Counted from the stretch's first letter, positions 1 to 9,827 are shown. The stretch is 64,000 bases of DNA from an uncultured Gammaproteobacteria bacterium (GCA_964583685.1 CAZOVJ010000001.1:132033-196032); one strand, 5' to 3'. Program-made: numbers and translations. Notes: generated by a model from the sequence alone, not told the origin.

Positions 1-903
1 AGGCCGATAGTGGTTCCAGTAGCCGGAAGATTCGGGCCGCCCAAGATTTTTAGAAGTTTATCATACCTACCTCCACCAGCGATTGAGCCAATTTTTGGTT
101 GGTCAACCGAGGATTCAAAAACAGGGCCAGTATAGTAGTCAAGTCCTCTAGCCAAGCGAGGGTCAAACTCCATATTTTGGACCCCCATTTTTTGGGCATA
201 TTTAATGGTCTTTTTAAGAAAATCATCTGGTTGGGCTTTATTTATTGCCGTAAAGATCTGTTTAATTTGCCCAGTTTTCAGCCCTTTTTTAGAAAGTTCC
301 TTTTCCACTTCCTCTTTAGCTTTCTTGTCGAGCTTGTCAATGGTTTGAATAACGCTTAGCCATTTATTTTTGGGAATTTTTACCTCCTCCATCAGGGAAA
401 AGAGTACCTGGCGGCTGTTGACTCTTATTTTGAAAGAGGAAAACTGAAGAGCCTTTATTGACTCATTGGTTATGCTGATTATCTCGGCGTCGGCTAAAGG
501 AGAAGCAGAACCAACAATATCAATATCACATTGATAAAATTCTCGATAACGGCCCTTTTGAGGCTTTTCTGCTCTCCAAACGGGTTGAATTTGATATCTT
601 CTAAGGGGTTTGGTCAGGTTTTGATTGCTAGCAATAACTCTGGTCAGAGGTACTGTCAAATCATATCTTAAACCCACAGACCTGTCTCCTGGGTCTTTGA
701 AGAGATAAATCAGTCTTTCAGCCTCTTTGCCATATTTACCCAAGAGAACTTCCTGATATTCCAAGGCAGGGGTTTGGAGTTCTTCAAAGCCGTATTTTTC
801 AAAAATGGTCCGTAATTTTCTGATGATTTCATTCCTGATAATCATCTTATTTGGAAGAAAATCCCGAAAACCCTTTAATGTTTGCAATTTTAGCTTATTC
901 ATC
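1..903 (-). CDS. hisS: Histidyl-tRNA synthetase, N-terminal ~300 aa (gene runs off the left window edge)
   Basis: Reverse-strand translation from the ATG at 903 gives MNKLKLQTLKGFRDFLP...RYQIQPVWRAEKPQKGRYREFYQCDIDIVG...GGGRYD, which is class II aaRS motifs 2 and 3 typical of HisRS. It is absent from the ORF track because it has no stop in the window. Confidence 0.8.
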
Positions 904-950
904 TCCCTAATTTTATCTTTTCTCTAATTAAAAAACCAGCTGGAATTATT

Positions 951-1985
951 CTATATTTCGGGTTCTGGGGTGGGGCTTGCTTGAGAAGAAGTAAGGAGAA
1001 ATATTGTTCTTACTTCAAGTGTTTTATCATCACTAAGACCGACGCAAATAATTTTATCTTCCTCATTTAACTCATCCAGTTCTGGACCTACCCATTTTTT
1101 GCCAAATTCAAGTAGCCATTCTTCATCATTCTGAAGTTGTTTAACCTTCAGTTCTTTTATAGAAAGCTCAGTTATTCTTCCGTAAATTGCCTGGCGATTG
1201 GAGGGTTTGATTGGAGTAACAATAAGGGCTCTTTTACCTTCCAAGACATCATTTTCATTTTTAAAGCCCATAGCAATTATAAAATCTCCGATGGCAACAT
1301 CGGAAAACTCAATTTCCTTACTGGTTTCCGTAATTTTAAGGAAGGTTGTTTCTTCTTCATCAATTGAAATTTGTTGAATTTCACCCTTATCTATTTTCTC
1401 TTCATCAAGGGTAAATTTGTTGATTTGTATTGTTGATTCGCTGATCTCGGTCACTGTCCCGATATATGCTCTGGCTAATTTTCGTGCTTGCTCAACCTTT
1501 TCCTGAACCCTTTCACTAATCAATTCCGAGGGCCCGGTTGCTGTTTCTTGTTCTGGAGATTCTTCTTCAGAGCTTACGGCAAATTTTGTTGAATAAACAA
1601 TTAAGATAGTCTTCTCAGCCAGAGGACCTTTTTCGTCAAATGCGCTTATCTTAATTTCATTAACCCCGGCAAGAAGGTCAATTTCCAATTCAAATAATCC
1701 TTCATTATCGGCTTCTATTTTGTAATCACTTTTTTCTCCGGACACCACCACCGTTGTTTCGGGTTTGGTAATACCGGAAAGGACTGCGGGGGAGATGGTG
1801 ATAACCTCTCTGTTGTCAGGCTTGGCAATAGTTAAGCTGAATTCTGGAGCTGTTGGGGTTGGTGTTTGGGAAGTTTTTAATTCCTCCTTGGGTTTAAGGG
1901 CGAGGTTGGCTCGCCAAATACCAAAGGCAATGACAAGCCCCAAAAGGCTGCCGCTGATTATAGCAAATAATATTTCCTTACGCAT
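951..1985 (-). CDS. Hypothetical membrane-anchored or secreted protein (N-terminal TM helix, acidic repetitive ectodomain)
   Basis: 344 aa ORF. The N-terminus MRKEILFAIISGSLLGLVIAFGIW is a signal anchor. No recognisable catalytic motif. Confidence 0.45.
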   Translation of the reverse strand: MRKEILFAIISGSLLGLVIAFGIWRANLALKPKEELKTSQTPTPTAPEFSLTIAKPDNREVITISPAVLSGITKPETTVVVSGEKSDYKIEADNEGLFELEIDLLAGVNEIKISAFDEKGPLAEKTILIVYSTKFAVSSEEESPEQETATGPSELISERVQEKVEQARKLARAYIGTVTEISESTIQINKFTLDEEKIDKGEIQQISIDEEETTFLKITETSKEIEFSDVAIGDFIIAMGFKNENDVLEGKRALIVTPIKPSNRQAIYGRITELSIKELKVKQLQNDEEWLLEFGKKWVGPELDELNEEDKIICVGLSDDKTLEVRTIFLLTSSQASPTPEPEI

Positions 1986-2077
1986 ATAAGCCCGCTAGAG
2001 AGCAAACTGGCTAAATATATGAAATTGCCTGTCTCTTGTCAAGTTAGAGAACTTTTGTTAGGATGGGGACGGGCAAG

Positions 2078-2728
2078 ATGGAGATCACATTTTTAGGACA
2101 TTCCTCGTTTAAGATTAAAGGTAAAAACCTGGTTTTGGTTACTGACCCCTTTGACCCAGAAGCAGTTGGTTTTAAATTTCCCAAGGTTAAGGCAGAAATA
2201 GTAACGATTTCCCACGAGCACCAGGATCACAATCGGCAAGATTTGGTTGGCGGAGTAAAAAAGGTTATTTCCGGACCGGGAGAGTATGAAATTGCCGACA
2301 CTTCCATTATCGGATTTAGTTCCTTTCATGATTCGGTGCAGGGTAAAGAGAGAGGAAAGAATACCTTATATCTAATTGAGATGGATGATATTAGAATTGT
2401 TCATCTCGGAGACCTTGGCCATACTCTTGGTGAACAGAAAATAGCTCAGATTGGAGAAATTGATTTACTTATGTTACCGGTGGGGGGGGTTTACACTCTT
2501 GGACCAAAAGAGGCGGTGGAGATTGCTCGTTCCCTTAATCCCAAGATTATTTTACCCATGCACTATTGGATGGATGGTTTGAATCCTGAAGTATTTTCAA
2601 AATTGCTGCCAGTTGAAAATTTTCTTTCTCAAATGGGAGTCGAGGTCAAGAAACTGCCTAAATTGGTGATTAAGAAAGGTGAGCCTCTTAGCGAAGAACA
2701 GGTGATTGTTTTGTTAGAGAAAAAATAG
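2078..2728 (+). CDS. MBL-fold metal-dependent hydrolase (UPF0173/YtkL-like)
   Basis: MEITFLGHSSFKIKGKNLVLVTDPF...ISHEHQDHN is the characteristic beta-lactamase-fold metal-binding pattern. Confidence 0.6.
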   Translation: MEITFLGHSSFKIKGKNLVLVTDPFDPEAVGFKFPKVKAEIVTISHEHQDHNRQDLVGGVKKVISGPGEYEIADTSIIGFSSFHDSVQGKERGKNTLYLIEMDDIRIVHLGDLGHTLGEQKIAQIGEIDLLMLPVGGVYTLGPKEAVEIARSLNPKIILPMHYWMDGLNPEVFSKLLPVENFLSQMGVEVKKLPKLVIKKGEPLSEEQVIVLLEKK

Positions 2729-2749
2729 TTTTCCCTGCCAGATTTTGTT

Positions 2750-4072
2750 ATGGCCGATTCATTGCAGACAAAGATTCCTCCTCATTCCCTGGAGGCCGAA
2801 ATTTCAGTTTTAGGAGCCCTTCTTTTAGATAAGGACGCTATAATTTCTGTTGCCGAGTTTTTGCAAGCATCGTGTTTTTATAATGAAAAGCACAAAGAGA
2901 TATACGAGTGCATTTTAGAACTCTATGAAGAAAGAATACCGGTAGATGTCCTAACAGTTTCTGAGCGTTTAAAAAAAAGAAGGTCTCTGAAGAAAATTGG
3001 AGGAGCTTCTTACTTAGCGGAATTGGTAAATAGGGTTCCGACCGCTGCTCATGTTGAGCACTATGGGAAGATAGTCAAAGATTCATCGACCAAACGATCT
3101 TTAATGTCCGCAGCCACAAGGCTGATGGATTTATCTTTTGATGAGAGTTTGGCAGCAGCTGAATTGCTTGATAAGGCGGAAACAGAAATTTTTTCCCTAA
3201 CTCAACAGCATATGCCCCAGACCTTTGCCCCGATTAAGACGGCTCTGGCCGATTCTTTTGACAGACTGGATGAATTGCACAAGCAGGGATCGGGATTAAG
3301 AGGCGTTTCGACTGGATTTAAGGATATAGATAATCTTCTGGCGGGAATGCAGCGATCGAATCTTTTGATTTTGGCGGCCAGGCCGGCTATGGGTAAAACT
3401 TCCTTGGCCCTGAATATTGCTCAACATCTAACTGTTAAAGAGAAACGTCCGGTTGGTTTTTTCTCCTTGGAAATGAGCAAAGAGGAATTGGTTGACAGAT
3501 TGTTGGTCAGTCAAGCAGATATTGATGCATGGAAGCTGAAGACAGGAAAGCTTAGTGAGGTTGATTTTACTAAACTCTCAAATGCCATGGGTGAACTAGC
3601 TGAGGCGCCGCTCTATATTGATGACACGCCGGCTCTTTCAATTTTGGAGATGAGAACAAAGGCACGCAGATTACAGATAGAATCGGAGGTTGAGCTTTTG
3701 ATTGTTGACTATCTCCAATTGGCAAGAAGTAGGCAATTGGAGAATAGAGTCCAGGAAGTATCTGAGATTTCCCAGGGTCTGAAGAATCTTGCTCGTGAAC
3801 TTAAGATTCCCGTGTTGGCTATTTCTCAGCTTTCTCGGGCCGTGGAGCAACGGGGTGTAAAAAGGCCTCAATTGGCAGACCTGAGAGAGAGTGGATCTAT
3901 TGAACAAGATGCGGACGTGGTGATGTTTTTGTGGAGAGAAAAGGAGGATAGTCTAGAAGAAATTTTTCTTGATGTATCCAAACACAGAAACGGCCCCCTT
4001 GGCCAGATTAAACTTTACTTTAAAGGAGAAAAAATTAAATTTTACGGCAAAGAAACCATGAGGAAAAAATAG
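2750..4072 (+). CDS. dnaB: Replicative DNA helicase DnaB
   Basis: N-terminus PHSLEAEISVLGALLLD, Walker A ARPAMGKTSLALNIA, 440 aa, no intein. Confidence 0.9.
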   Translation: MADSLQTKIPPHSLEAEISVLGALLLDKDAIISVAEFLQASCFYNEKHKEIYECILELYEERIPVDVLTVSERLKKRRSLKKIGGASYLAELVNRVPTAAHVEHYGKIVKDSSTKRSLMSAATRLMDLSFDESLAAAELLDKAETEIFSLTQQHMPQTFAPIKTALADSFDRLDELHKQGSGLRGVSTGFKDIDNLLAGMQRSNLLILAARPAMGKTSLALNIAQHLTVKEKRPVGFFSLEMSKEELVDRLLVSQADIDAWKLKTGKLSEVDFTKLSNAMGELAEAPLYIDDTPALSILEMRTKARRLQIESEVELLIVDYLQLARSRQLENRVQEVSEISQGLKNLARELKIPVLAISQLSRAVEQRGVKRPQLADLRESGSIEQDADVVMFLWREKEDSLEEIFLDVSKHRNGPLGQIKLYFKGEKIKFYGKETMRKK

Positions 4073-4763
4073 CTTCTCTGTGCTCTATTTACGAACAACT
4101 TCGAACCTATTTTAAAAAGGTAGGCTCACCCGCCTGACGGCGGGTTCGCCACACTTCGGCACGGCTGACGTCGCGCTTAGCAAAAAGAATGGCTAAATTT
4201 ATCTTTGCTGTTGCACCAACGGTGTAACTTTAATATTCTCGGCAGGAGCTTGAGCTAATCTATTCACCGCCTCACTTAAGACATCTGTTGGCATCTGCCA
4301 TTGTAAAGCCCTAAAATCAGACGAACGAACATTGCAATCTGTTCCTTTAACCCAAAAGGTATAAGGATCTCCGTGACCGTAATTTCCTTGATCTTCTAAA
4401 TCAAGAATTGCAGAATAAACATTATTGCGAAATCCAGTTCTTGGTTCAGATTGTGCTCAGATAACCGAAGGGGTTTTTAATGTCTTTGTTGGACGAGTTT
4501 TTATGGATTCGAGCACAACCAGTGAGGGCATTCGAGTTTTGTTCTTTAAAAATTTCCGCGTTTTTTCTTTAGACGAAAATCTCTTTTTGTGCCGGGTATA
4601 TTGCCAAAATCGAACTTTGTTTTAGCTTCAAAGCATAGTATATTCTAATTACCTATAATATTCAAGATTTCTAAGGCTTCCCTTGACTTTAAGCACCCCC
4701 CCCTGCTAACTTGCTAACTATATACTGCCCGACTTAGATGTCGGGTTTTATTTTGAAAAGGGG

Positions 4764-5093
4764 GTGATAATTATGCCAGAGCGAGTAGCTCAAAGATCTC
4801 TCCGCGAAGTGTTAGTTGAGAGGATGGAAGCTTTTCGAAGAGATCATCCGGATGAGGCAAAAGTACTAGACGGTGCTTTACTAGAGTATGGGACATCTAT
4901 TCCAGAAGAAGAGTGGGCGAAGCTTGATAATTTAGGGGATATTGTTGTAGCTCAGATTGAACATAGGGTAGAAGAGCACAGAGAAGAAGGGGATGAGATA
5001 AGTCCCGAGGATTTTATTGGCATGCTTTTTGCCCTAGCTTCAGATGGTAAAATAACAGCCGATAGGATAATGGAGAGATTACAAACTGGATAG
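4764..5093 (+). CDS. Hypothetical small acidic protein (109 aa), higher GC than its flanks
   Basis: ORF with a strong RBS (AAAAGGGGGTG 6 nt upstream of the ATG). No recognisable domain. It lies between a hairpin terminator and the 3' end of tRNA-Leu. Confidence 0.4.
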   Translation: MIIMPERVAQRSLREVLVERMEAFRRDHPDEAKVLDGALLEYGTSIPEEEWAKLDNLGDIVVAQIEHRVEEHREEGDEISPEDFIGMLFALASDGKITADRIMERLQTG

Positions 5094-5117
5094 GGTCTTT
5101 CTTCTTCTGCATTTCTG

Positions 5118-5203
5118 TGCCGGGGGAGGGAGTCGAACCCTCACGGTATTTTCATACCACTGGTTTTTGAGACCAGCCTGTCTACCTTTTCCAGCACCCC
5201 GGC
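5118..5203 (-). tRNA. tRNA-Leu(CAA), class II with long variable arm
   Basis: The reverse complement GCCGGGGTGCTGGAAAAGGTAGACAGGCTGGTCTCAAAAACCAGTGGTATGAAAATACCGTGAGGGTTCGACTCCCTCCCCCGGCA folds as a cloverleaf. The anticodon loop CTCAAAA gives CAA. T-arm is GGGTTCGACTCCC. Confidence 0.85.
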
Positions 5204-5257
5204 TCTTCTATATTTTACCAAATATGCATTCGAATTGAAAATTTATTATCATAAATA

Positions 5258-5285
5258 AGGGTGCCCACCCTTTTGGGGTCTAGCT
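5258..5285 (-). terminator. Rho-independent terminator candidate after the 5302..5766 gene
   Basis: Minus strand reads AAGGGTGGGCACCCTT followed by ATTTATGAT. The GC hairpin is just past the stop of the upstream minus-strand gene. Confidence 0.35.
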
Positions 5286-5301
5286 TGTGTCAAAAAGAAG
5301 G

Positions 5302-5766
5302 TTAAGAGAAAATCCAGTAAAGGGCGGCGGCAAGAACGATAATTTGGGAGAGAATGCCGGGAAGAAAGGAGACATGTTTCTGAAGACTCCGGTGGAAGGT
5401 AATCCATTTTTTGAGAAATTCATTACCTCTCATGTTTAAGAAAAAATAAGGTGCTTCGATAAAGTCAGGGAGAACCGAGGCAAAAGAAGCAGCGATTATT
5501 ACCATTGCCCGATTCAGACTGGGAAGGGCGAGCGAGGCAATCAATAGGCCTAAGATAAGAGCCAAGGAGCTATCTAAGATAATAATTTTTGTGCTCTTTT
5601 TAGTTAGCTGGCCGAATTTTTTGGTTTCCTTATATATGTGTGGATTCCAATGGGGAATTTTATCGAGAACAAAATGACTGGCAAAAGCAAGAGGGATGGC
5701 TAAGAGGGGATTGGGAATTTTGGTTGCAATTGCCGCACCGACAGCTACATGGGGTAATTCCAGCAC
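5302..5766 (-). CDS. Membrane-bound metal-dependent hydrolase-like protein (DUF457/YdjM-like), low confidence
   Basis: 154 aa polytopic membrane ORF with conserved His residues (ASHFVLDKIPHWNPH). Confidence 0.4.
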   Translation of the reverse strand: MLELPHVAVGAAIATKIPNPLLAIPLAFASHFVLDKIPHWNPHIYKETKKFGQLTKKSTKIIILDSSLALILGLLIASLALPSLNRAMVIIAASFASVLPDFIEAPYFFLNMRGNEFLKKWITFHRSLQKHVSFLPGILSQIIVLAAALYWIFS

Positions 5767-5797
5767 AATAGAATTATGATATACTTGTCAAAGAATC

Positions 5798-6406
5798 ATG
5801 TCAACGCTTCTGGCTATAAGTTTTTCAATTTTGGGCTTTTTATTGTTTCTATTTTTTTATTGGAGACGACTTAAAGAAGATTACATTTCAGGCAAAGTTT
5901 TCTCAAGTGGTTTTTATATCGCAATAGGTGTTTTGCTGGGTATTGCTGGACTAAATTTCTTCACTAGTGGCCTATGGTTTTGGGGAGGTTTGCTTGGTTT
6001 TGGACTGGGTCTTTTCTTGAGTTTGTGGAGATTTAAACTAAGATTTTTTGAGACCCTGGAAGCAGCTGGTGTTGGAATGCTCTTTTGGCTTGGCGTGATT
6101 TTTGCGCTTGATGCTTTCGCTAATTCGAGTTTAAGCTCCCTGTATGCCTGTCTGGTTATTGGAGGTTTGATTTTTCTCTTCTTCTTTCTCGAGGCAAGAT
6201 ATAAAGATTTTTCTTGGTATAAATCTGGAAAGGTTGGTTTTTCAGGCTTGACTAGCTTGGGGTTTTTCTTTTTGATTCGTGCTTTTGTTGCCTTTTTTTT
6301 CCCCTTTGTGCTATCCTTTGTTGGCAAGATTGATGTAATTCTTTCAGCGATAATTGCCTTTGCTCTTTTTTTGGCAATCTATCATTTAGGACAACAAAAA
6401 ACATGA
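5798..6406 (+). CDS. Hypothetical integral membrane protein (Phe/Gly-rich TM helices)
   Basis: 202 aa, 5-6 predicted TM segments. Confidence 0.45.
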   Translation: MSTLLAISFSILGFLLFLFFYWRRLKEDYISGKVFSSGFYIAIGVLLGIAGLNFFTSGLWFWGGLLGFGLGLFLSLWRFKLRFFETLEAAGVGMLFWLGVIFALDAFANSSLSSLYACLVIGGLIFLFFFLEARYKDFSWYKSGKVGFSGLTSLGFFFLIRAFVAFFFPFVLSFVGKIDVILSAIIAFALFLAIYHLGQQKT

Positions 6407-6813
6407 GTAAGGATAAGAAAACAAAAGAAAAAAAGACAGTTCATTTTCCTGCCAAGTTGATTCAGCCAATTGGCTCTTTTTTAAGGACTCAGCTGAAAAA
6501 GCTTGAGAGAAATAAAAAGAAAATAGAAGCAGAGGACCCTTTTAAAGATGTTAGTCGGATAACCAATAATGCGGCGCCGGATGCTGATGCTGAAGAGCAA
6601 TTCGGTCACGCAAGAACCTCGGCCATTAAGGAGCAGTTGGAAAAAAAGATAATTCAAACCAAAAAGGCATTGACCAGGATTAAAATAGGTAAATACGGTA
6701 CTTGTGAGAAGTGTGGTTTGATGATTGATACCGAGCGCTTGATGGTTTATCCAGAGGCAACAGTTTGTGTGGAATGTGAAGATAAAGGCAATAAAAGTAA
6801 AAGTTCTGTTTGA
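6403..6813 (+). CDS. DksA/TraR-family C4-type zinc-finger protein
   Basis: C-terminal CEKCGLMIDTERLMVYPEATVCVECE is a CxxC...CxxC motif after a coiled-coil N-terminus, as in DksA/TraR. Confidence 0.7.
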   Translation: MSKDKKTKEKKTVHFPAKLIQPIGSFLRTQLKKLERNKKKIEAEDPFKDVSRITNNAAPDADAEEQFGHARTSAIKEQLEKKIIQTKKALTRIKIGKYGTCEKCGLMIDTERLMVYPEATVCVECEDKGNKSKSSV

Positions 6814-7501
6814 AGACGACAGTCTTCTGGTAATCAATAAACCCTCGGGCTGGATAGTAAACAAGGCTAGAACAGCCAAGAGTCAACCAATAATTCAGGA
6901 ATGGATTAGAAAAAATTTCCAATTTCCAATTTCCAATTTCCCAAGACTGAGAAGCGGGATTGTTCACAGACTGGATAAAGAAACAAGTGGAGTATTACTG
7001 GTTGCCAAAACAAGGCAGGCTTTTACAAATCTGCAGCAGCAATTTAAAAGCCGTAAAATTAAGAAAACTTACATTGCTTTGGTTCATGGCAAGATAGAAC
7101 CCAAAGGGGGGATAATTAGTGTTCCTCTTGGCCGTCTACCTTGGAATAGAAAGCGTTTTGGCGTATTGCCGGGCGGTAGGAAGGCAGAAACCTCTTACAG
7201 AGTTATTAAATACTATAAATGTCAAGAGTCATTTTTTAGTTTGCTTAAACTTTTCCCGAAAACAGGTAGAACCCATCAAATTAGAGTTCATTTGAAATAT
7301 TTAGGTCATCCGATAGTTGGAGATGAGTTTTATGCGGGCAGAAAAACTGCCAGGCTAGATAGAGAATGGTGCCCCAGACTTTTTTTGCACGCCAGTCAGA
7401 TTAGTTTTACTCACCCTCTGACTAAAAAACAAATTACTTTTAAATCTCCCTTACCTTCTCGTCTCAAGGCTGCTTTGGTTTTTTTACCTGATTTAGTTTA
7501 A
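6776..7501 (+). CDS. RluA-family 23S rRNA/tRNA pseudouridine synthase
   Basis: LLVINKPSGWIV...GIVHRLDKETSGVLLVAKT is the catalytic-Asp motif (HRLD). The start is uncertain because it overlaps the upstream gene. Confidence 0.75.
   Translation: MKIKAIKVKVLFEDDSLLVINKPSGWIVNKARTAKSQPIIQEWIRKNFQFPISNFPRLRSGIVHRLDKETSGVLLVAKTRQAFTNLQQQFKSRKIKKTYIALVHGKIEPKGGIISVPLGRLPWNRKRFGVLPGGRKAETSYRVIKYYKCQESFFSLLKLFPKTGRTHQIRVHLKYLGHPIVGDEFYAGRKTARLDREWCPRLFLHASQISFTHPLTKKQITFKSPLPSRLKAALVFLPDLV
6917..6940 (+). repeat. Tandem repeat (aatttcc)x3 inside the rluA-family gene
   Basis: The direct string ttccaatttccaatttccaatttcc encodes QFPISNFP. Confidence 0.6.
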
Positions 7502-7510
7502 ACTATATTT

Positions 7511-8422
7511 GTGCCTGCCCGAAAAAAGAAATCAAGAATTGTTAAGAGAAAACCTTGGTTGTTTTTAATTATTCCCTTATCGCTTATCGCTTATTTTTTA
7601 TCTTTTGTCTTTTTTGGTCCCCATTTATGGGATGGGAAAAGTAGCTTGAGTTTGGCCATTAACACGCCAAAGGGAGATGTTCTCCTGGCAGTATTTGATC
7701 CAGCTAGAGATACAATTACCACCATTCTTCTTCCCAAAGATACTCAGGTGAATGTTTCCAGGCAGCTTGGCATTTGGCGCCTAGGTAGTGTTTGGAAACT
7801 GGCTGAAAATGAAAACTTGGATGGCCGTTTGCTGGCAGAAACAATTAGTAAGTCTTTTAAATTACCAATCGAAGCCTGGGCTGGAAAAGGAGCATTAGGC
7901 TTTAGCAAAGGAGATATACCTTCTCTATTGAAGAGCCTTTTTCTCCTTTATCAAACAAATCTAAAATTCAGAGACAAACTGGGCCTGACTTTTTTTAGCA
8001 TAAGGGTAAGAAGTTCTAATAAAATACAGCTTAATCCACTAAGACTTGGTTATTTGTTTGAGACAAAACTTAGCGATGCTCGTTTAGGATACAAGATTAG
8101 AGGGGATATGGGGCCGGAAATTAGTGCAGTTTTCACTGACAGTCAGGTTTCCCAGGAAGATTTGACGATTGCCATTGTTGATGCCAGTGGACAAAGGGGA
8201 ATCGCTGGACAGTTTGGAAAAATAATCGAAGTTTTAGGTGCCAAAGTAGTTTCGCTTCAAGTAGTGGATAAGGAAGATTTAGACTGCGAGGTTATTGGGT
8301 TAAAGTCTAAAACCGCAAGTAAAATTGCCAATATTTTTTCTTGCCAATATATTAAAAAGCTTCCAGAAAACAATTTTGATATCCAGGTAAATCTGGGCAA
8401 GCAGTTTGCTGAGCGTTTTTAG
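7511..8422 (+). CDS. LytR-CpsA-Psr (LCP) family cell-envelope phosphotransferase with LytR_C domain
   Basis: N-terminal TM anchor, then an LCP-like core (LSLAINTPKGDVLLAVFDPARDTITTILLPKDTQVNV) and a C-terminal LytR_C-like segment (IAIVDASGQRGIAGQFGKIIEVLGAKVV). Confidence 0.65.
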   Translation: MPARKKKSRIVKRKPWLFLIIPLSLIAYFLSFVFFGPHLWDGKSSLSLAINTPKGDVLLAVFDPARDTITTILLPKDTQVNVSRQLGIWRLGSVWKLAENENLDGRLLAETISKSFKLPIEAWAGKGALGFSKGDIPSLLKSLFLLYQTNLKFRDKLGLTFFSIRVRSSNKIQLNPLRLGYLFETKLSDARLGYKIRGDMGPEISAVFTDSQVSQEDLTIAIVDASGQRGIAGQFGKIIEVLGAKVVSLQVVDKEDLDCEVIGLKSKTASKIANIFSCQYIKKLPENNFDIQVNLGKQFAERF

Positions 8423-8997
8423 TGATTGCCACCTTCGGTTTCCCTGATAAATATCAGGATACCTTGTTTGTCGGCGGATTTAATTAATGCTTGAAATTCG
8501 CTTCCCTGTTTAATTAATTTTCTGTAGTGAGCAGCCAAATCATCTGGCAATCTTCCGGTGTATTTTCCAGAATGAGTAAGAACAGAAACCCGATGTTGAT
8601 GGCAAGCAAGTTGTACTTCTTCTCCGGGGTCAAGCTGGGCAATTACCTGAGGAGCGCCAAGATGGATTAGTTTGACCATTTTGGTTTTTCCGGGTTCTTC
8701 AAGAAAAGCTTGGGCTGAAAGGGTAATTGTTTTCTGGGCTTCTTTAGATGGTATCTTCTTCCATTTTTCCAGAGATTTAATGGCAATCGTGTTCAGAGGG
8801 TCAATCTTCAAGGTTTTTTGGGTAGTATTTTTTGCTTTTTTAGTTTTGCCAAGTTCTGCATAGGCTCGAGCTGTTCTGTTTAGCGCATTTATGTCTTGAG
8901 GATTTTTCTTAAGAATTTCTAAATTTATTTTCAGAGCTTTTTCCCAGTTTCCAGCAAGAGCTGATGAAATTGCTTTTTGGGCAAGGTCTTGGTCCAT
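8419..8997 (-). CDS. TPR-repeat protein with an uncharacterised C-terminal domain
   Basis: TPR-like helices (ALKINLEILKKNPQDINALNRTARAYAELGK). The likely start is the internal Met at 8997. Confidence 0.45.
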   Translation of the reverse strand: MDQDLAQKAISSALAGNWEKALKINLEILKKNPQDINALNRTARAYAELGKTKKAKNTTQKTLKIDPLNTIAIKSLEKWKKIPSKEAQKTITLSAQAFLEEPGKTKMVKLIHLGAPQVIAQLDPGEEVQLACHQHRVSVLTHSGKYTGRLPDDLAAHYRKLIKQGSEFQALIKSADKQGILIFIRETEGGNH

Positions 8998-9093
8998 GTA
9001 ACTTTTTCGTTCTCTTGAGTATAGATGGGTAAAGAGAGTTGTCAAGACCCAGCAGAGCTGGTAATCGCAAATGGTATAATAGCTGGACAAGGT

Positions 9094-9825
9094 ATGTCAG
9101 GACATTCAAAGTGGTCAACAATTAAACATCAAAAGGGAGCAAAAGATATTGCCCGAGGTAAGCTTTTTTCCAAACTTTCCCGGGCTATTTCCGTTGCTAT
9201 AAAAACCGGAGGTGGTCCTAATCCCGATACCAACAGTAAACTTCGGGTGGCCATTGATGCTGGTAGGGCAGCAAACATGCCCAAAGTAAATATTGAACGG
9301 GCTATCTCAAAAGGAAGTAGAGGGGGAGAAGACTTGGAAGAAATTGTTTACCAAGGATTTGGTCCTGATGGAATTGCGGTTATGGTTGAAGTGGCAACCG
9401 ACAATCGCAATAGGACTGGACAGGAAATTAAAGGTATTTTTGAAAGGTCAGGGGGGAGGTTGGCTGGACCAGGTGCGGTTTCTTTTAATTTTGAACGTAA
9501 GGGACTAATTTTACTTAAAAAAGAAAAAGATGTAGATAATCAAATGCTACGACTTATTGATTTGGGAGTAGAGGATATGGAGGAGACAGAAGAGGATATT
9601 GAAGTTTATGTTGGGCCTAACCAGCTTTTAGCCATTCGAAAAAAAATTGAGGATTCAGGTTTTTCTGTTCAGGCCAGTGAGCAGGTAGAGAAGTCTAAGA
9701 ATTTTATAAGAGTGACGGATGTCAAAAAGGCGAAGAAGATTCTTTCTTTTCTCAATAGCCTTAATGAACATGAAGATGTTCAGAAAGTTTTTGCTAATGT
9801 CGATATACCCAATAATTTGGGTTAA
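9094..9825 (+). CDS. yebC: YebC/PmpR family probable transcriptional regulator
   Basis: MSGHSKWSTIKHQKGAKDIARGKLFSKLSRAI is the diagnostic N-terminus of the YebC family. Confidence 0.85.
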   Translation: MSGHSKWSTIKHQKGAKDIARGKLFSKLSRAISVAIKTGGGPNPDTNSKLRVAIDAGRAANMPKVNIERAISKGSRGGEDLEEIVYQGFGPDGIAVMVEVATDNRNRTGQEIKGIFERSGGRLAGPGAVSFNFERKGLILLKKEKDVDNQMLRLIDLGVEDMEETEEDIEVYVGPNQLLAIRKKIEDSGFSVQASEQVEKSKNFIRVTDVKKAKKILSFLNSLNEHEDVQKVFANVDIPNNLG

Positions 9826-9827
9826 AG

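Noticed and set aside
99-359. Plus-strand 86-aa ORF
   Set aside because: It lies antisense inside the well-supported hisS coding region and has no homology signal.
4076-4763. tmRNA, RNase P RNA or SRP RNA in the long intergenic region
   Set aside because: The conserved cores were searched for by eye (GGAAAGUCCGGGCUCC and ACAGAACCCGGCUUA for RNase P, GGAAGCAGCC for SRP, a tRNA-like T-arm plus ALAA-type tag for tmRNA) and none was found. This cannot be excluded without a covariance-model search.
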